The notes beneath the pieces were generated by a model that saw nothing but the letters and a program-made list of their open reading frames with translations, was not told the DNA's origin and ran no database searches. The position numbers and the translations under genes are program-made. Below are positions 7,457-16,041 of a stretch of 32,000 nt of DNA, one piece after another. Where the stretch lies: positions 7,650,001 through 7,682,000 of the forward strand of contig NC_010628.1 in NCBI RefSeq assembly GCF_000020025.1, in the 5' to 3' direction. This DNA comes from Nostoc punctiforme PCC 73102. GTDB lineage: Bacteria > Cyanobacteriota > Cyanobacteriia > Cyanobacteriales > Nostocaceae. Position 1 is the first letter of the stretch; each line of letters starts with the position of its first letter.

Positions 7457-8179
7457 TTAAATTTCCCATTTTATTCTACCAGTTGCTTCCATCAACAGAG
7501 GGTGCGACCACCAAAGCAAAGCGATAAAAATGGCAACTCCCAAATAGGAAGGGCGGAGAAATTCCTGCCATAAGATAGATTGACGGCCGTCAATAATTGC
7601 TTTAAAGGGAATAATTGAAGTTCGTTGTTTGGCAATTTCAAAGGCTTCCCCATAGCGATCGCTCAAACGGCGATCCCCGTGCCAAACCCCAAACAAGTGA
7701 TGCAACACCAATCCAATGGAAGTTACCAGGGTAAAGGTAGTACCCAGCCAGAGAGTATGGGCAACACACCAGATTATTTGTCCCACCATCTGGGGATGAC
7801 GGGTAATTCGAATAATTCCTGTTTCGTAGAGATGAACTTGGGGCTTTTGAATGGCAGCAATTTCTAGTAGATTGAAGGTAGCAGGATATAAAAACAAAAA
7901 CGAGATTGCTGACAGCAGCCAAACAAATTCTCGTACTCCTGGCACTCCTTGTACCTGCCAAAGTTGCAAACCATCATAGCGGTGCCCAAAAAAGTAAATA
8001 ATTAATATCACAGCCAACGGGAGGCTGACTAATGCAAAAAAAATGCGATAAAGCCTTGGGCCAATATATTTTTCGGCCCTTGGACGCAAAGCAGCGCCTC
8101 CACTGTGAGCGATCGCAAAAACTATTTGTAACCCCAGTATGACAAAATGACTGGGTGTCAACCAAGAAATCAGCAGCAT
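7457..8179 (-). CDS. NnrU-family integral membrane protein (Z-ISO-related family)
   Basis: 240 aa and polytopic. Motifs such as AIAHSGGAALRPR and ITRHPQMVGQIIWCVAHTLWLG resemble NnrU-family proteins. Confidence 0.75.
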   Translation of the reverse strand: MLLISWLTPSHFVILGLQIVFAIAHSGGAALRPRAEKYIGPRLYRIFFALVSLPLAVILIIYFFGHRYDGLQLWQVQGVPGVREFVWLLSAISFLFLYPATFNLLEIAAIQKPQVHLYETGIIRITRHPQMVGQIIWCVAHTLWLGTTFTLVTSIGLVLHHLFGVWHGDRRLSDRYGEAFEIAKQRTSIIPFKAIIDGRQSILWQEFLRPSYLGVAIFIALLWWSHPLLMEATGRIKWEI

Positions 8180-8391
8180 ATAGACGGGTGAAGTAATTTA
8201 AAGAAAATTGAATTCAGTACAACCAATACCACAAAGTATTCCAAAGGAGACTTTAGTCAAGATGTTGTGCTACTGTCCTTTTCGAGTCAAGTCTTCAAGT
8301 TTAATATGCAACAAATCATACGCGGCTGATTGCTGCCAAAGTTTATTTGTTGTGTGCATCCGCTCCTTTCAATGTTTGTGGGTTGAGCCTT

Positions 8392-9405
8392 ATGTCTGAC
8401 CTTCCTTTCACTTTAGATCAGTTACGGATTTTAAAAGCGATCGCACAAGAAGGAAGCTTCAAGCGTGCCGCCGATAGTCTTTATGTCTCCCAGCCTGCCG
8501 TCAGCTTACAAGTCCAAAATCTCGAACGGCAGCTAGATGTCCCTTTATTCGACCGTGGAGGAAGACGTGCCCAATTAACTGAAGCAGGACATCTACTCCT
8601 AAATTACGGTGAGAAAATCCTCAGTCTGTGTCAAGAAACCTGCCGCGCCATTGAGGATTTACAAAATCTCCAAGGCGGTACGTTAATTGTCGGTGCTTCT
8701 CAAACCACTGGCACTTATCTTTTGCCTAGAATGATCGGAATGTTCCGACAAAAATATCCAGATGTGGCAGTGCAATTACACGTCCACTCTACTCGGCGGA
8801 CTGCTTGGAGTGTAGCTAACGGACAAGTTGATCTGGCAATAATCGGCGGTGAAATTCCTGGTGAACTATCAGAATCTTTGGAAGTTCTTTCTTACGCAGA
8901 AGATGAACTAGCGCTGATTTTACCTGTCTTTCACCCCTTTGCCAAACTTGAAACAATCCAAAAAGAAGACCTATATAAATTACAATTCATTGCCTTAGAT
9001 TCCCAATCGACCATCCGCAAAGTCATCGATCAAGTGCTAGGACGTTGTGAAATTGATACCAGACGTTTTAAGGTTGAAATGGAACTAAATTCCATTGAAG
9101 CAATTAAGAATGCTGTGCAATCTGGTTTAGGGGCTGCTTTTGTTTCAACAAGTGCGATCGCTAAAGAGTTACAAATGGGTGTTCTGCACCGTACCCCTAT
9201 TGAAGGGGTAGTCGTCAAACGGACGCTATGGTTGATTTTTAATCCTAATCGCTATAGATCCAAGGCCGCAGAAGCCTTTAGTCAAGAAATTTTGCCCCAG
9301 TTTGCTAACCCTGGATGGAGTCAAGATGTGTTAAAATTGGCACAAAAAAACATCGTGGTAAGTACATTGGATATAGCAATACCCGCCTCCTCTGGCGAAG
9401 ACTAA
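8392..9405 (+). CDS. rbcR: LysR-type transcriptional regulator, RbcR/Ycf30-like (337 aa from ATG 8392)
   Basis: The N-terminus [55 protein letters not shown] is almost the canonical Ycf30/RbcR helix-turn-helix. The track start at 8347 is a TTG, 15 codons upstream. Confidence 0.88.
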   Translation: MSDLPFTLDQLRILKAIAQEGSFKRAADSLYVSQPAVSLQVQNLERQLDVPLFDRGGRRAQLTEAGHLLLNYGEKILSLCQETCRAIEDLQNLQGGTLIVGASQTTGTYLLPRMIGMFRQKYPDVAVQLHVHSTRRTAWSVANGQVDLAIIGGEIPGELSESLEVLSYAEDELALILPVFHPFAKLETIQKEDLYKLQFIALDSQSTIRKVIDQVLGRCEIDTRRFKVEMELNSIEAIKNAVQSGLGAAFVSTSAIAKELQMGVLHRTPIEGVVVKRTLWLIFNPNRYRSKAAEAFSQEILPQFANPGWSQDVLKLAQKNIVVSTLDIAIPASSGED

Positions 9406-9520
9406 AATCTAGTTACTCAATTTTAAATTTAAGATTTTGGATTGATTCCATAGGAAAAGTGGGGCTTGAGATCATGAAATTAGTTGATTCATCTCTACGA
9501 TTTAATTCAAGGGTATAAAG

Positions 9521-9584
9521 CCAATTTTTTAGATTTTGGATGGGAAATTTTTCCTTAAATCCAAAATCTAAAATCTAAAATTGG
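9521..9584 (+). terminator. Imperfect hairpin built from TTTTAGA/TCTAAAA heptamers, downstream of rbcR
   Basis: ccaattttttagattttggat ... atccaaaatctaaaatctaaaattgg; the arms are complementary apart from one extra heptamer. Confidence 0.55.
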
Positions 9585-9623
9585 TAAGGTTATTAGTTTT
9601 TTGTTTTTTGTAAATGATCAATA

Positions 9624-9660
9624 CTTCTCTACGAGACGCTACGCGAACGATTACGCTCAG
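9624..9660. repeat. Second copy of the dispersed repeat seen at 1521-1560
   Basis: cttctctacgagacgctacgcgaacgattacgctcag aligns with 1521-1560. Confidence 0.55.
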
Positions 9661-9688
9661 TACAAGTGAATAATGACTAATCACGAAA

Positions 9689-11089
9689 ATGGAAGTTTAC
9701 TGTACTCGTCCACGTTGCCCACGCCCACAAAACTATTTTGCTGATTTAGATGATATTACAACCCTAAAAACAACGCAGCAAAAATACTGTACTACCTGTG
9801 GTATGCCACTACTGCTAGATGGTCGGTATGTGCCAACGAAGTTGCTGGGAAGGGGTGGATTTGGAGCAGCATTTTTGGCACGCGATCGCCGAATCCCAGG
9901 AATGCGTCAATGCGTGGTTAAGCAGTTTCAACCAGTGGGTAATTTAACCTCAACTCAACTGCAACAAGCACAGATAATGTTCGAGAGAGAGGCAGACGTT
10001 CTAGCACAACTTGGTAACGATCACGAACAAATTCCTGACTTGTTTGCCTTCTTCCCAGTGATAGTTAATAGTTCGCAATCAGGACAGGAAGACCAATTTT
10101 TTTACTTAGTACAAGAATATATTGATGGGCAAAATTTAGAAGAAGAATTAGTTCAACAAGGCAAATTTTCTGAACACCAAGTCTTAGAGGTGTTGCAAGA
10201 AATCCTGAAGGTGCTAAAGTTTGTCCACGAACGAGGCATTATCCACAGAGATATTAAACCCTCTAACATCATGCGCCGTCGTGATGGTAAGCTTTTTTTA
10301 CTAGATTTTGGCGCAGTTAAGCAAGTAACAAATGTTGCACTTGGTTCTGCTGCTTCTTCCACAGGAATTTATTCTATGGGATTTGCACCGCCGGAACAGA
10401 TGGCTGGGGGGCAAGTATTCCCATCTACAGACTTATACGCTTTAGCTGTAACTCTTATTACCTTGTTGACTAATCAGGAAGCAATTCAATTATTTGATGC
10501 CTATAGCAACCAGTGGAAATGGCGTGAGCAAGTAAATGTCAATTCTCGCCTTGCTGACATTTTAGATAAGATGCTGTTACCTGCTGCTAATCAGCGGTTT
10601 CAATCGGCACAGGAAGTTCTAGATGCACTTTACTCGCAGCCTCTAGCCGCTACACAGCTTAATTCACCTTCTGTAACACTTCCACCACAATCACCTAAAA
10701 GTTCTAATCCCGTCGTCTCCCAACCTCCACCAACTCAACCAGCGTTTTCTACAGTAGAATTGTTGGGTGGGGCGGCATTTAGTGGATTTGAAGGGGCATT
10801 GATAGCGATCGCCCTCTTCAGTTTAGTACAATCACCAATAGTTACTTTAAGCGTTGCATGTGTAATTTTGGGGATACTGGTATTTGCCCAAACTAGACGA
10901 TGGATTGAAAAGTTCGATTTATTAATTATTCCAACAATTACTTTTGCGATTATTTTTTTCATTCCCTTTTTACAAGGGGGTCTTGGCATTCAGGCAGTGG
11001 TCATTTTATCAGTTGCAGCAGCATTGGTAGCCATTTCACTGACAGCCATATTTCGGCTTATTTATAAATTATTATCTCTCATCCTTTAA
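9689..11089 (+). CDS. Membrane Ser/Thr protein kinase with an N-terminal 4-Cys (zinc-ribbon-like) prefix and a C-terminal multi-TM region
   Basis: The Cys pairs are CTRPRC...CTTCG. Hanks motifs are present: GRGGFGAAF, VVKQF (Lys), HRDIKPSN, DFG and APPE. A Pro/Ser-rich linker is followed by about four hydrophobic helices to the C-terminus. Confidence 0.9.
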   Translation: MEVYCTRPRCPRPQNYFADLDDITTLKTTQQKYCTTCGMPLLLDGRYVPTKLLGRGGFGAAFLARDRRIPGMRQCVVKQFQPVGNLTSTQLQQAQIMFEREADVLAQLGNDHEQIPDLFAFFPVIVNSSQSGQEDQFFYLVQEYIDGQNLEEELVQQGKFSEHQVLEVLQEILKVLKFVHERGIIHRDIKPSNIMRRRDGKLFLLDFGAVKQVTNVALGSAASSTGIYSMGFAPPEQMAGGQVFPSTDLYALAVTLITLLTNQEAIQLFDAYSNQWKWREQVNVNSRLADILDKMLLPAANQRFQSAQEVLDALYSQPLAATQLNSPSVTLPPQSPKSSNPVVSQPPPTQPAFSTVELLGGAAFSGFEGALIAIALFSLVQSPIVTLSVACVILGILVFAQTRRWIEKFDLLIIPTITFAIIFFIPFLQGGLGIQAVVILSVAAALVAISLTAIFRLIYKLLSLIL

Positions 11090-11116
11090 AAAGCTTCTGA
11101 TGCTAATAGTCACATA

Positions 11117-12163
11117 ATGTCTCAGAAAAACGAAACACTTAGTCTTTTCTTAGCTGTTGTTATCACCATTGGCTTAATCTTTAGTGGCTTATGGTTTTTT
11201 ATGGAACGGTGGGCACAACTAAATGGAACTGCTGCTAAATCTTCGGGGACTAACAATACAGATAATCCGATAAACCAGTTTATTAGTAGTAAATGTAACG
11301 TGCCCAACCTCTTAGAAGGGACATTCAACTATGGTGGTAGCACAACTTGGGCACCCATTCGTAAAGATGTAGACTCCGTACTAGAAAGCCAGTGCCCTCG
11401 GTTTATTTTACGTTACACTCAACCTCCATCAGGTAATGCAGGATCTGGAACTGGGATTCGGATGTTGATAGACAATCAACTAGCTTTTTCTCAATCTTCT
11501 CGTTCAGTAAAGGCTGAAGAAAATGCCGAAGCTCAACAAAAAGGATTTAGTTTGAAAGAAATTCCAGTAGCGATTGATGGAATTGCGATCGCTGTCAATC
11601 ACGATCTCAACATCCCTGGTTTAACTGTGGCTCAACTCAAAGACATCTACACAGGCAAAATTACTAATTGGCAACAGGTGGGTGGGTCAAATTTACCAAT
11701 TAAAGCTTACTCTCGTAGCGAAGAAGCTGGGGGTACAGTAGAATTCTTTGTCGAAAATGTTCTAAATAAAGAAAAGTTTGGTGCCAATATTAATTATGTT
11801 GGCACGACCACTGAAGCAGTACGAAAAGTAGCTGCAAATCCTGGGGGAATTTATTATGCTTCTGCCCCAGAAGTTGTACCTCAGTGTATTATTAAAACCA
11901 TACCACTGGGACGCACAAGCAGTCAATTAGTGCCTCCTTACCAACAACCGTTTGTATCTCCATCTCAATGTCCCAGTAAACGCAATCAATTGAATAGTCA
12001 GGCATTTCGTAGTGGAGATTATGCAATTACTCGCAATTTATTTGTAATTATTAAACAGAATGGTCAAACAGATCAGCAAGCTGGCGAAGCTTATGCAAAT
12101 TGGCTTCTGACACCTCAGAGTCAAGACCTGATTGAAAAGGCTGGATTTGTCAAAATTAAATGA
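11117..12163 (+). CDS. Membrane-anchored PstS-like (PBP type 2) solute-binding protein, paralog 1
   Basis: 348 aa, starting MSQKNET plus a TM helix. PstS-family-like segments follow (FNYGGSTTWAPIR, GSGTGI, AFSQSSR, IAIAVN, QLKDIYTGKITNWQQVGG). No pstCAB genes lie nearby. Confidence 0.8.
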   Translation: MSQKNETLSLFLAVVITIGLIFSGLWFFMERWAQLNGTAAKSSGTNNTDNPINQFISSKCNVPNLLEGTFNYGGSTTWAPIRKDVDSVLESQCPRFILRYTQPPSGNAGSGTGIRMLIDNQLAFSQSSRSVKAEENAEAQQKGFSLKEIPVAIDGIAIAVNHDLNIPGLTVAQLKDIYTGKITNWQQVGGSNLPIKAYSRSEEAGGTVEFFVENVLNKEKFGANINYVGTTTEAVRKVAANPGGIYYASAPEVVPQCIIKTIPLGRTSSQLVPPYQQPFVSPSQCPSKRNQLNSQAFRSGDYAITRNLFVIIKQNGQTDQQAGEAYANWLLTPQSQDLIEKAGFVKIK

Positions 12164-12220
12164 TCAAAGCAGTTAGATTTAGCCAAATAATAAACATTTT
12201 TATTTTATTAAAATCTGTTC

Positions 12221-13621
12221 ATGTCACAAAAGAATGAAACCGCAGTTTTAACCTTGGCTCTGTTGCTGACAGTTGGAATAGTTGGCGGTGGTGTGTGGTG
12301 GTTTACTAATGGCTCTGGAGCCAAAATAGGTAATACCCTCATTCCAGGTTCAGAAGCAGGCAAAAATCCATCCCTACAAGATCGGATTAGTTTTGGAGAC
12401 AAAACTTTGACTCCAGGTGCGGTTTCTGCTGCAAAAAAAGAAGGAGTCCAGGCGATCGCTGCTAAAAGTTATGATAAAGCGATCGCTAATTTCACAGACT
12501 CCCTCAAACTCAACCGTAACGATCCAGAAGCGCTGATCTTTCTTAATAACGCCCGCATCGGATCTTCCAAGAGTTACACCATTGTAGCTTCTGTACCAGT
12601 AGGGACTGATCCCAATGCTGCTTTAGAAATTTTGCGTGGCATTGCCCAAGCACAAAATGAAATTAATACCTCTGGAGGAGTCAAAGGAGTACCGTTAAGG
12701 GTAGGGATAGCTAACGATGATGACAATCCAGAAATAGCCAAGCAAATCGCTTCCAACCTAGTCAGTAATTCAGAAGTATTAGGTATAGTTGGGCCTAATA
12801 CTAGCGATTCCACCTTAGCCGCCGGTACTATTTATACTTCAGGACAACTTGTAGCAATTTCCCCTACCAGTACATCTGTAAAAATTTCTAACTTTAGCCG
12901 CTACGTTTTTCGCACGGTTCCCAGTGATTTTATGGCTGCTAGAAGTCTAGCCAACTATATGGTGAGAACCTTGCAGAAAAAAAATGCAGTGATTTTCTTT
13001 AATTCGCAAAGCAACTATAGCCAGTCTTTAAAGTCTGAGTTTGTTTCATCTGTTTCTTTAGAAGGTGGACAGGTATCCAGCGAATTTGACTTATCCAAGG
13101 CGGATTTTAGTACAGCTAAAAGTGTAGAACAAGCAACTAAGCAAGGTGCAGAAGTGTTGATGTTAGCTGCTAACACTGAAACTCTCGATAAAGCGCTGCA
13201 AGTAATTCAGATTAACCAAAAAAAGTTAACTCTGTTAGCGGGAGATGATGTTTATACCGCCAAAACTTTAGAGATTGGTAGAGAACAAGCTGTGGGGATG
13301 GTGGTGGCAGTTCCCTGGCATATTGACGGCGATCCTAAGTCAGATTTTCCCCAGAAATCGCGGCAGCTATGGGGCGGTGATGTGAGTTGGCGAAGCGCTC
13401 TCAGCTATGATGCTACAGTGGCTTTGATTGCCGCATTAAAACGCAATCCCACACGTTCTGGAGTTCAACAAGCACTCTTTTCCTCTGACTTTTCTGCCAC
13501 CGGCGCTTCTGGTACAATTCGGTTTTTAGCATCAGGCGATCGCAATGCGCCAGTCCAACTTGTAAAAATTGTTCCTGGTTCTCGCTCTCGCACTGGTTAT
13601 GACTTTGAGCCAGTGCGTTAA
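12221..13621 (+). CDS. Membrane-anchored type 1 periplasmic-binding protein (LivK/ANF-receptor-like) with a TPR-like N-terminal motif
   Basis: 466 aa, starting MSQKNET plus a TM helix. A TPR-like segment (AAKSYDKAIANFTDSLKLNRNDPEALIFLNNARI) precedes a branched-chain-amino-acid-binding-protein-like body (GIVGPNTSDSTLAAG..., FRTVPSD...). Confidence 0.75.
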   Translation: MSQKNETAVLTLALLLTVGIVGGGVWWFTNGSGAKIGNTLIPGSEAGKNPSLQDRISFGDKTLTPGAVSAAKKEGVQAIAAKSYDKAIANFTDSLKLNRNDPEALIFLNNARIGSSKSYTIVASVPVGTDPNAALEILRGIAQAQNEINTSGGVKGVPLRVGIANDDDNPEIAKQIASNLVSNSEVLGIVGPNTSDSTLAAGTIYTSGQLVAISPTSTSVKISNFSRYVFRTVPSDFMAARSLANYMVRTLQKKNAVIFFNSQSNYSQSLKSEFVSSVSLEGGQVSSEFDLSKADFSTAKSVEQATKQGAEVLMLAANTETLDKALQVIQINQKKLTLLAGDDVYTAKTLEIGREQAVGMVVAVPWHIDGDPKSDFPQKSRQLWGGDVSWRSALSYDATVALIAALKRNPTRSGVQQALFSSDFSATGASGTIRFLASGDRNAPVQLVKIVPGSRSRTGYDFEPVR

Positions 13622-13909
13622 TCAGCAATAAAAAATTAAAAATTAACCAATAGTTAACCTAAAAAAGCTCTCAAGATGAGAAATTGAGCTTTATAGGGAA
13701 CAATATTAACGCCAACTAACAATTTATGACTTACAGAGAAGTAACAAATAATTCAAAGCAAATTTACTATATCTAGAACCCTAAGTAATTCAGAAGTTAG
13801 GATTTGTCATAATTCACTAACAAAATACCCGTTCGCCAAATACAATCTCAAGTAGCAAGCACCTATTAAGTTAAGCACTTATATTGAATGGACGTGCGGG
13901 TAATTTACT

Positions 13910-14956
13910 ATGTCTCAAAAAAATGAAACAACTATTCTTGTTTTATCCATCCTAATCACAGCCGGGTTAATAGCTGGCGGTTTTTGGTGGTTTAGTAGAA
14001 GGTCTGGTGTTAACCTAAATTCAATTAATTCTGATGGCACTAAAACACCCCAGGCTGTATTAGAACAACCTAGTGGCAAGACTTTCGCCTCAATACAAGA
14101 TGTTCCTACAGGGTTATTCAATTATGGAGGTAGTACATCTTGGGCACCGATTCGCTTGGTAGTTGATTCACCAATTCAAGCGGCGCGACCAGAGTTTCGG
14201 CTGCGTTATGTAGAACCCAGTAATGCATCTCCTGGAACTGGTACTGGCATCCAGTCACTGATAGACGGTCAGCTAGCCTTTGCCCAGTCTTCCCGACCAC
14301 TTCTCGATCAGGAATTAAGCCGCGCCCAGCAGCGTGGATTCAGTTTGAAACAAATTCCTGTAGCTATTGATGGTTTAGCAGTCGCAGTTAACCCCAACCT
14401 CAAAATCTCAGGACTGACTGTAGACCAATTAAAGTCAATTTACACAGGCAAAATCAATAATTGGAGCCAGGTGGGTGGCCCCAATATCCCGATTAAGCCC
14501 TATTCTCGCCGCATTGCTGATGGCGGTACTGTAGAGCTTTTTGTCCAAGACATCTTGGGTGGTCAAGCTTTTAGCCCCAATGTGGAATTTGTCTCCACAA
14601 CCACCCAAGCCTTGCAAAAATTGGCTGGTAGTTCTGGTGGTATTTACTACGCTTCTGCCCCAGAAGTGATTCCTCAATGTTCAATCAAACCCTTACCGTT
14701 GGGGCGAGCACAAGGGCAATATATTGCTCCTTACCAAGAAACATTTGTCCTCCCGTCTGAATGTCCTGGTAAACGGAACAAATTGAATATTGAGGCTTTC
14801 CAATCAGGAAAATACCCGATTACCCGAAATCTGTTTGTGGTGGTCAAACAGAATGGTCAGACTGAGCAGCAAGCAGGTGTCGCTTACGCCAACTTACTGC
14901 TGACTGAGCAGGGACAGGAATTGATTACCCAAGCTGGATTTGTCAAAATTCGCTGA
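13910..14956 (+). CDS. Membrane-anchored PstS-like solute-binding protein, paralog 2
   Basis: 348 aa, colinear with and clearly paralogous to 11117-12163 (FNYGGSTSWAPIR ... FVKIR), with the same MSQKNET plus TM start. Confidence 0.8.
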   Translation: MSQKNETTILVLSILITAGLIAGGFWWFSRRSGVNLNSINSDGTKTPQAVLEQPSGKTFASIQDVPTGLFNYGGSTSWAPIRLVVDSPIQAARPEFRLRYVEPSNASPGTGTGIQSLIDGQLAFAQSSRPLLDQELSRAQQRGFSLKQIPVAIDGLAVAVNPNLKISGLTVDQLKSIYTGKINNWSQVGGPNIPIKPYSRRIADGGTVELFVQDILGGQAFSPNVEFVSTTTQALQKLAGSSGGIYYASAPEVIPQCSIKPLPLGRAQGQYIAPYQETFVLPSECPGKRNKLNIEAFQSGKYPITRNLFVVVKQNGQTEQQAGVAYANLLLTEQGQELITQAGFVKIR

Positions 14957-14977
14957 CACCTGCGATTACACTCAGGC

Positions 14978-15000
14978 AGAGTGGCGGAAATCGCCGCTCT
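14978..15000. terminator. Hairpin between convergent genes
   Basis: AGAGTGGCG-gaaat-CGCCGCTCT: a 9-bp stem with one G-U pair. The flanking U-runs are weak. Confidence 0.45.
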
Positions 15001-15010
15001 GAACTCTGCT

Positions 15011-15730
15011 TTAACCAGCTCTATTAATCGATTCTGCTGGTAAACAAATTAAATTATCCCCTTGGGTGAGGATTAAGCCGCGTTGACGCAGCTTACCCAT
15101 CAAGCGGGTGACGGTGACACGGGTCGAACCAATCGCGCTACCAATTTGGGCATGGGTGAGGGGGAAAGGCAGACAATAGCCGCGAATCACATCAGGATCG
15201 GTGTCGCTCATTGCTGGCTCTCCATATTCCTCAATTAACAATGTGAGAAATCCTAAGAGTCGATCAATTGTACGGCGTTGTCCCAAGGCACTCAGCCACA
15301 GCAGCTTACGCTGGTGCTGATACCTAAAGGCATCCATAACTTCACGACGGAAGTGAGGCCAGTTGTCTAGGTCATGCCAGTACATCCACAGCACCGCAGT
15401 TTGGTCAACATGGGCGTAAGCCTGGAGTGTAAATGGCGACTGAGCAACAATTTCAAATGGCTGTCCCGCTCCCACAAAACCCAAGAACGCTTCTTCTGGG
15501 GTTCTGTTAATTCGTCGAGACGTTAGCTGACTAGCTGTTGCACTAACTTGGGCAGTTCCTACCATGCGGATCGCACCCCTTTGCACCAAATATAGCAATC
15601 CAGGCCGGGCTGGAATGCGCTCATCTTTGCTAAAGGTACGGCATCGATAGTGTTCTTGAGCCCAGTCAAGAATTCGTTGCCAAGTTAAAAAAGGCCGTGA
15701 TGCCTCAGAAAAGGAGGATGGAGATTGCAT
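15011..15730 (-). CDS. Crp/Fnr-family transcriptional regulator (239 aa from ATG 15730)
   Basis: The C-terminal helix-turn-helix reads LTHAQIGSAIGSTRVTVTRLMGKLRQRGLI, and a cNMP-binding-like fold lies upstream. The track start at 15838 is a TTG, 36 codons further upstream. Confidence 0.8.
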   Translation of the reverse strand: MQSPSSFSEASRPFLTWQRILDWAQEHYRCRTFSKDERIPARPGLLYLVQRGAIRMVGTAQVSATASQLTSRRINRTPEEAFLGFVGAGQPFEIVAQSPFTLQAYAHVDQTAVLWMYWHDLDNWPHFRREVMDAFRYQHQRKLLWLSALGQRRTIDRLLGFLTLLIEEYGEPAMSDTDPDVIRGYCLPFPLTHAQIGSAIGSTRVTVTRLMGKLRQRGLILTQGDNLICLPAESINRAG

Positions 15731-16041
15731 AGGTAACAAAGAGCGTTCGGCTGAAGACAAAGACGTGATCAAAAGGTGCAAGGAGTGTCTTTGTGTTGAC
15801 GAGGCAGGCTTAACGCCTAACAGCGCCAGCCAATCCAAAGAATAGAAAGCAAATTACTCTCTACTCTTTTGTTATACTTCCTACTGTACAATGATGGTAG
15901 TAAAGTTTACTTACTATTCATCGATTATTCATCAAATTTTATCCTCTTCTCATTTTTCTTCATCTAAATTAAATTTATACCGCAAGATAGATGACAGAAA
16001 AGTAACAAATATATCTTACATGACTGTTTAAATAATATTAC

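Noticed and set aside
7625-8165. Three ORFs overlapping the NnrU-family gene on both strands
   Set aside because: These are alternative frames of a well-supported membrane-protein gene.
8208-8399. A 63-aa ORF and the 15-codon N-terminal extension (TTG 8347) of the LysR regulator
   Set aside because: RbcR/Ycf30 proteins begin at the M(S/T)[10 protein letters not shown] motif. ATG 8392 reproduces that start, and the upstream ORFs sit in the divergent promoter region.
9315-9518. 67-aa ORF overlapping the rbcR 3' end and the heptamer-repeat region
   Set aside because: It overlaps rbcR out of frame and runs into repeat DNA.
12764-12777. An identical 14-mer, AGTAATTCAGAAGT, inside the LivK-like gene and again at 13784-13797 in the downstream spacer
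   Set aside because: The match is short, AT-rich and isolated, with no extended similarity, so it is compatible with chance.
15731-15838. A 36-codon N-terminal extension of the Crp-family regulator from a TTG start
   Set aside because: The extension is low-complexity and Ser/Leu-rich. An ATG at 15730 gives a normal-length Crp-family protein.
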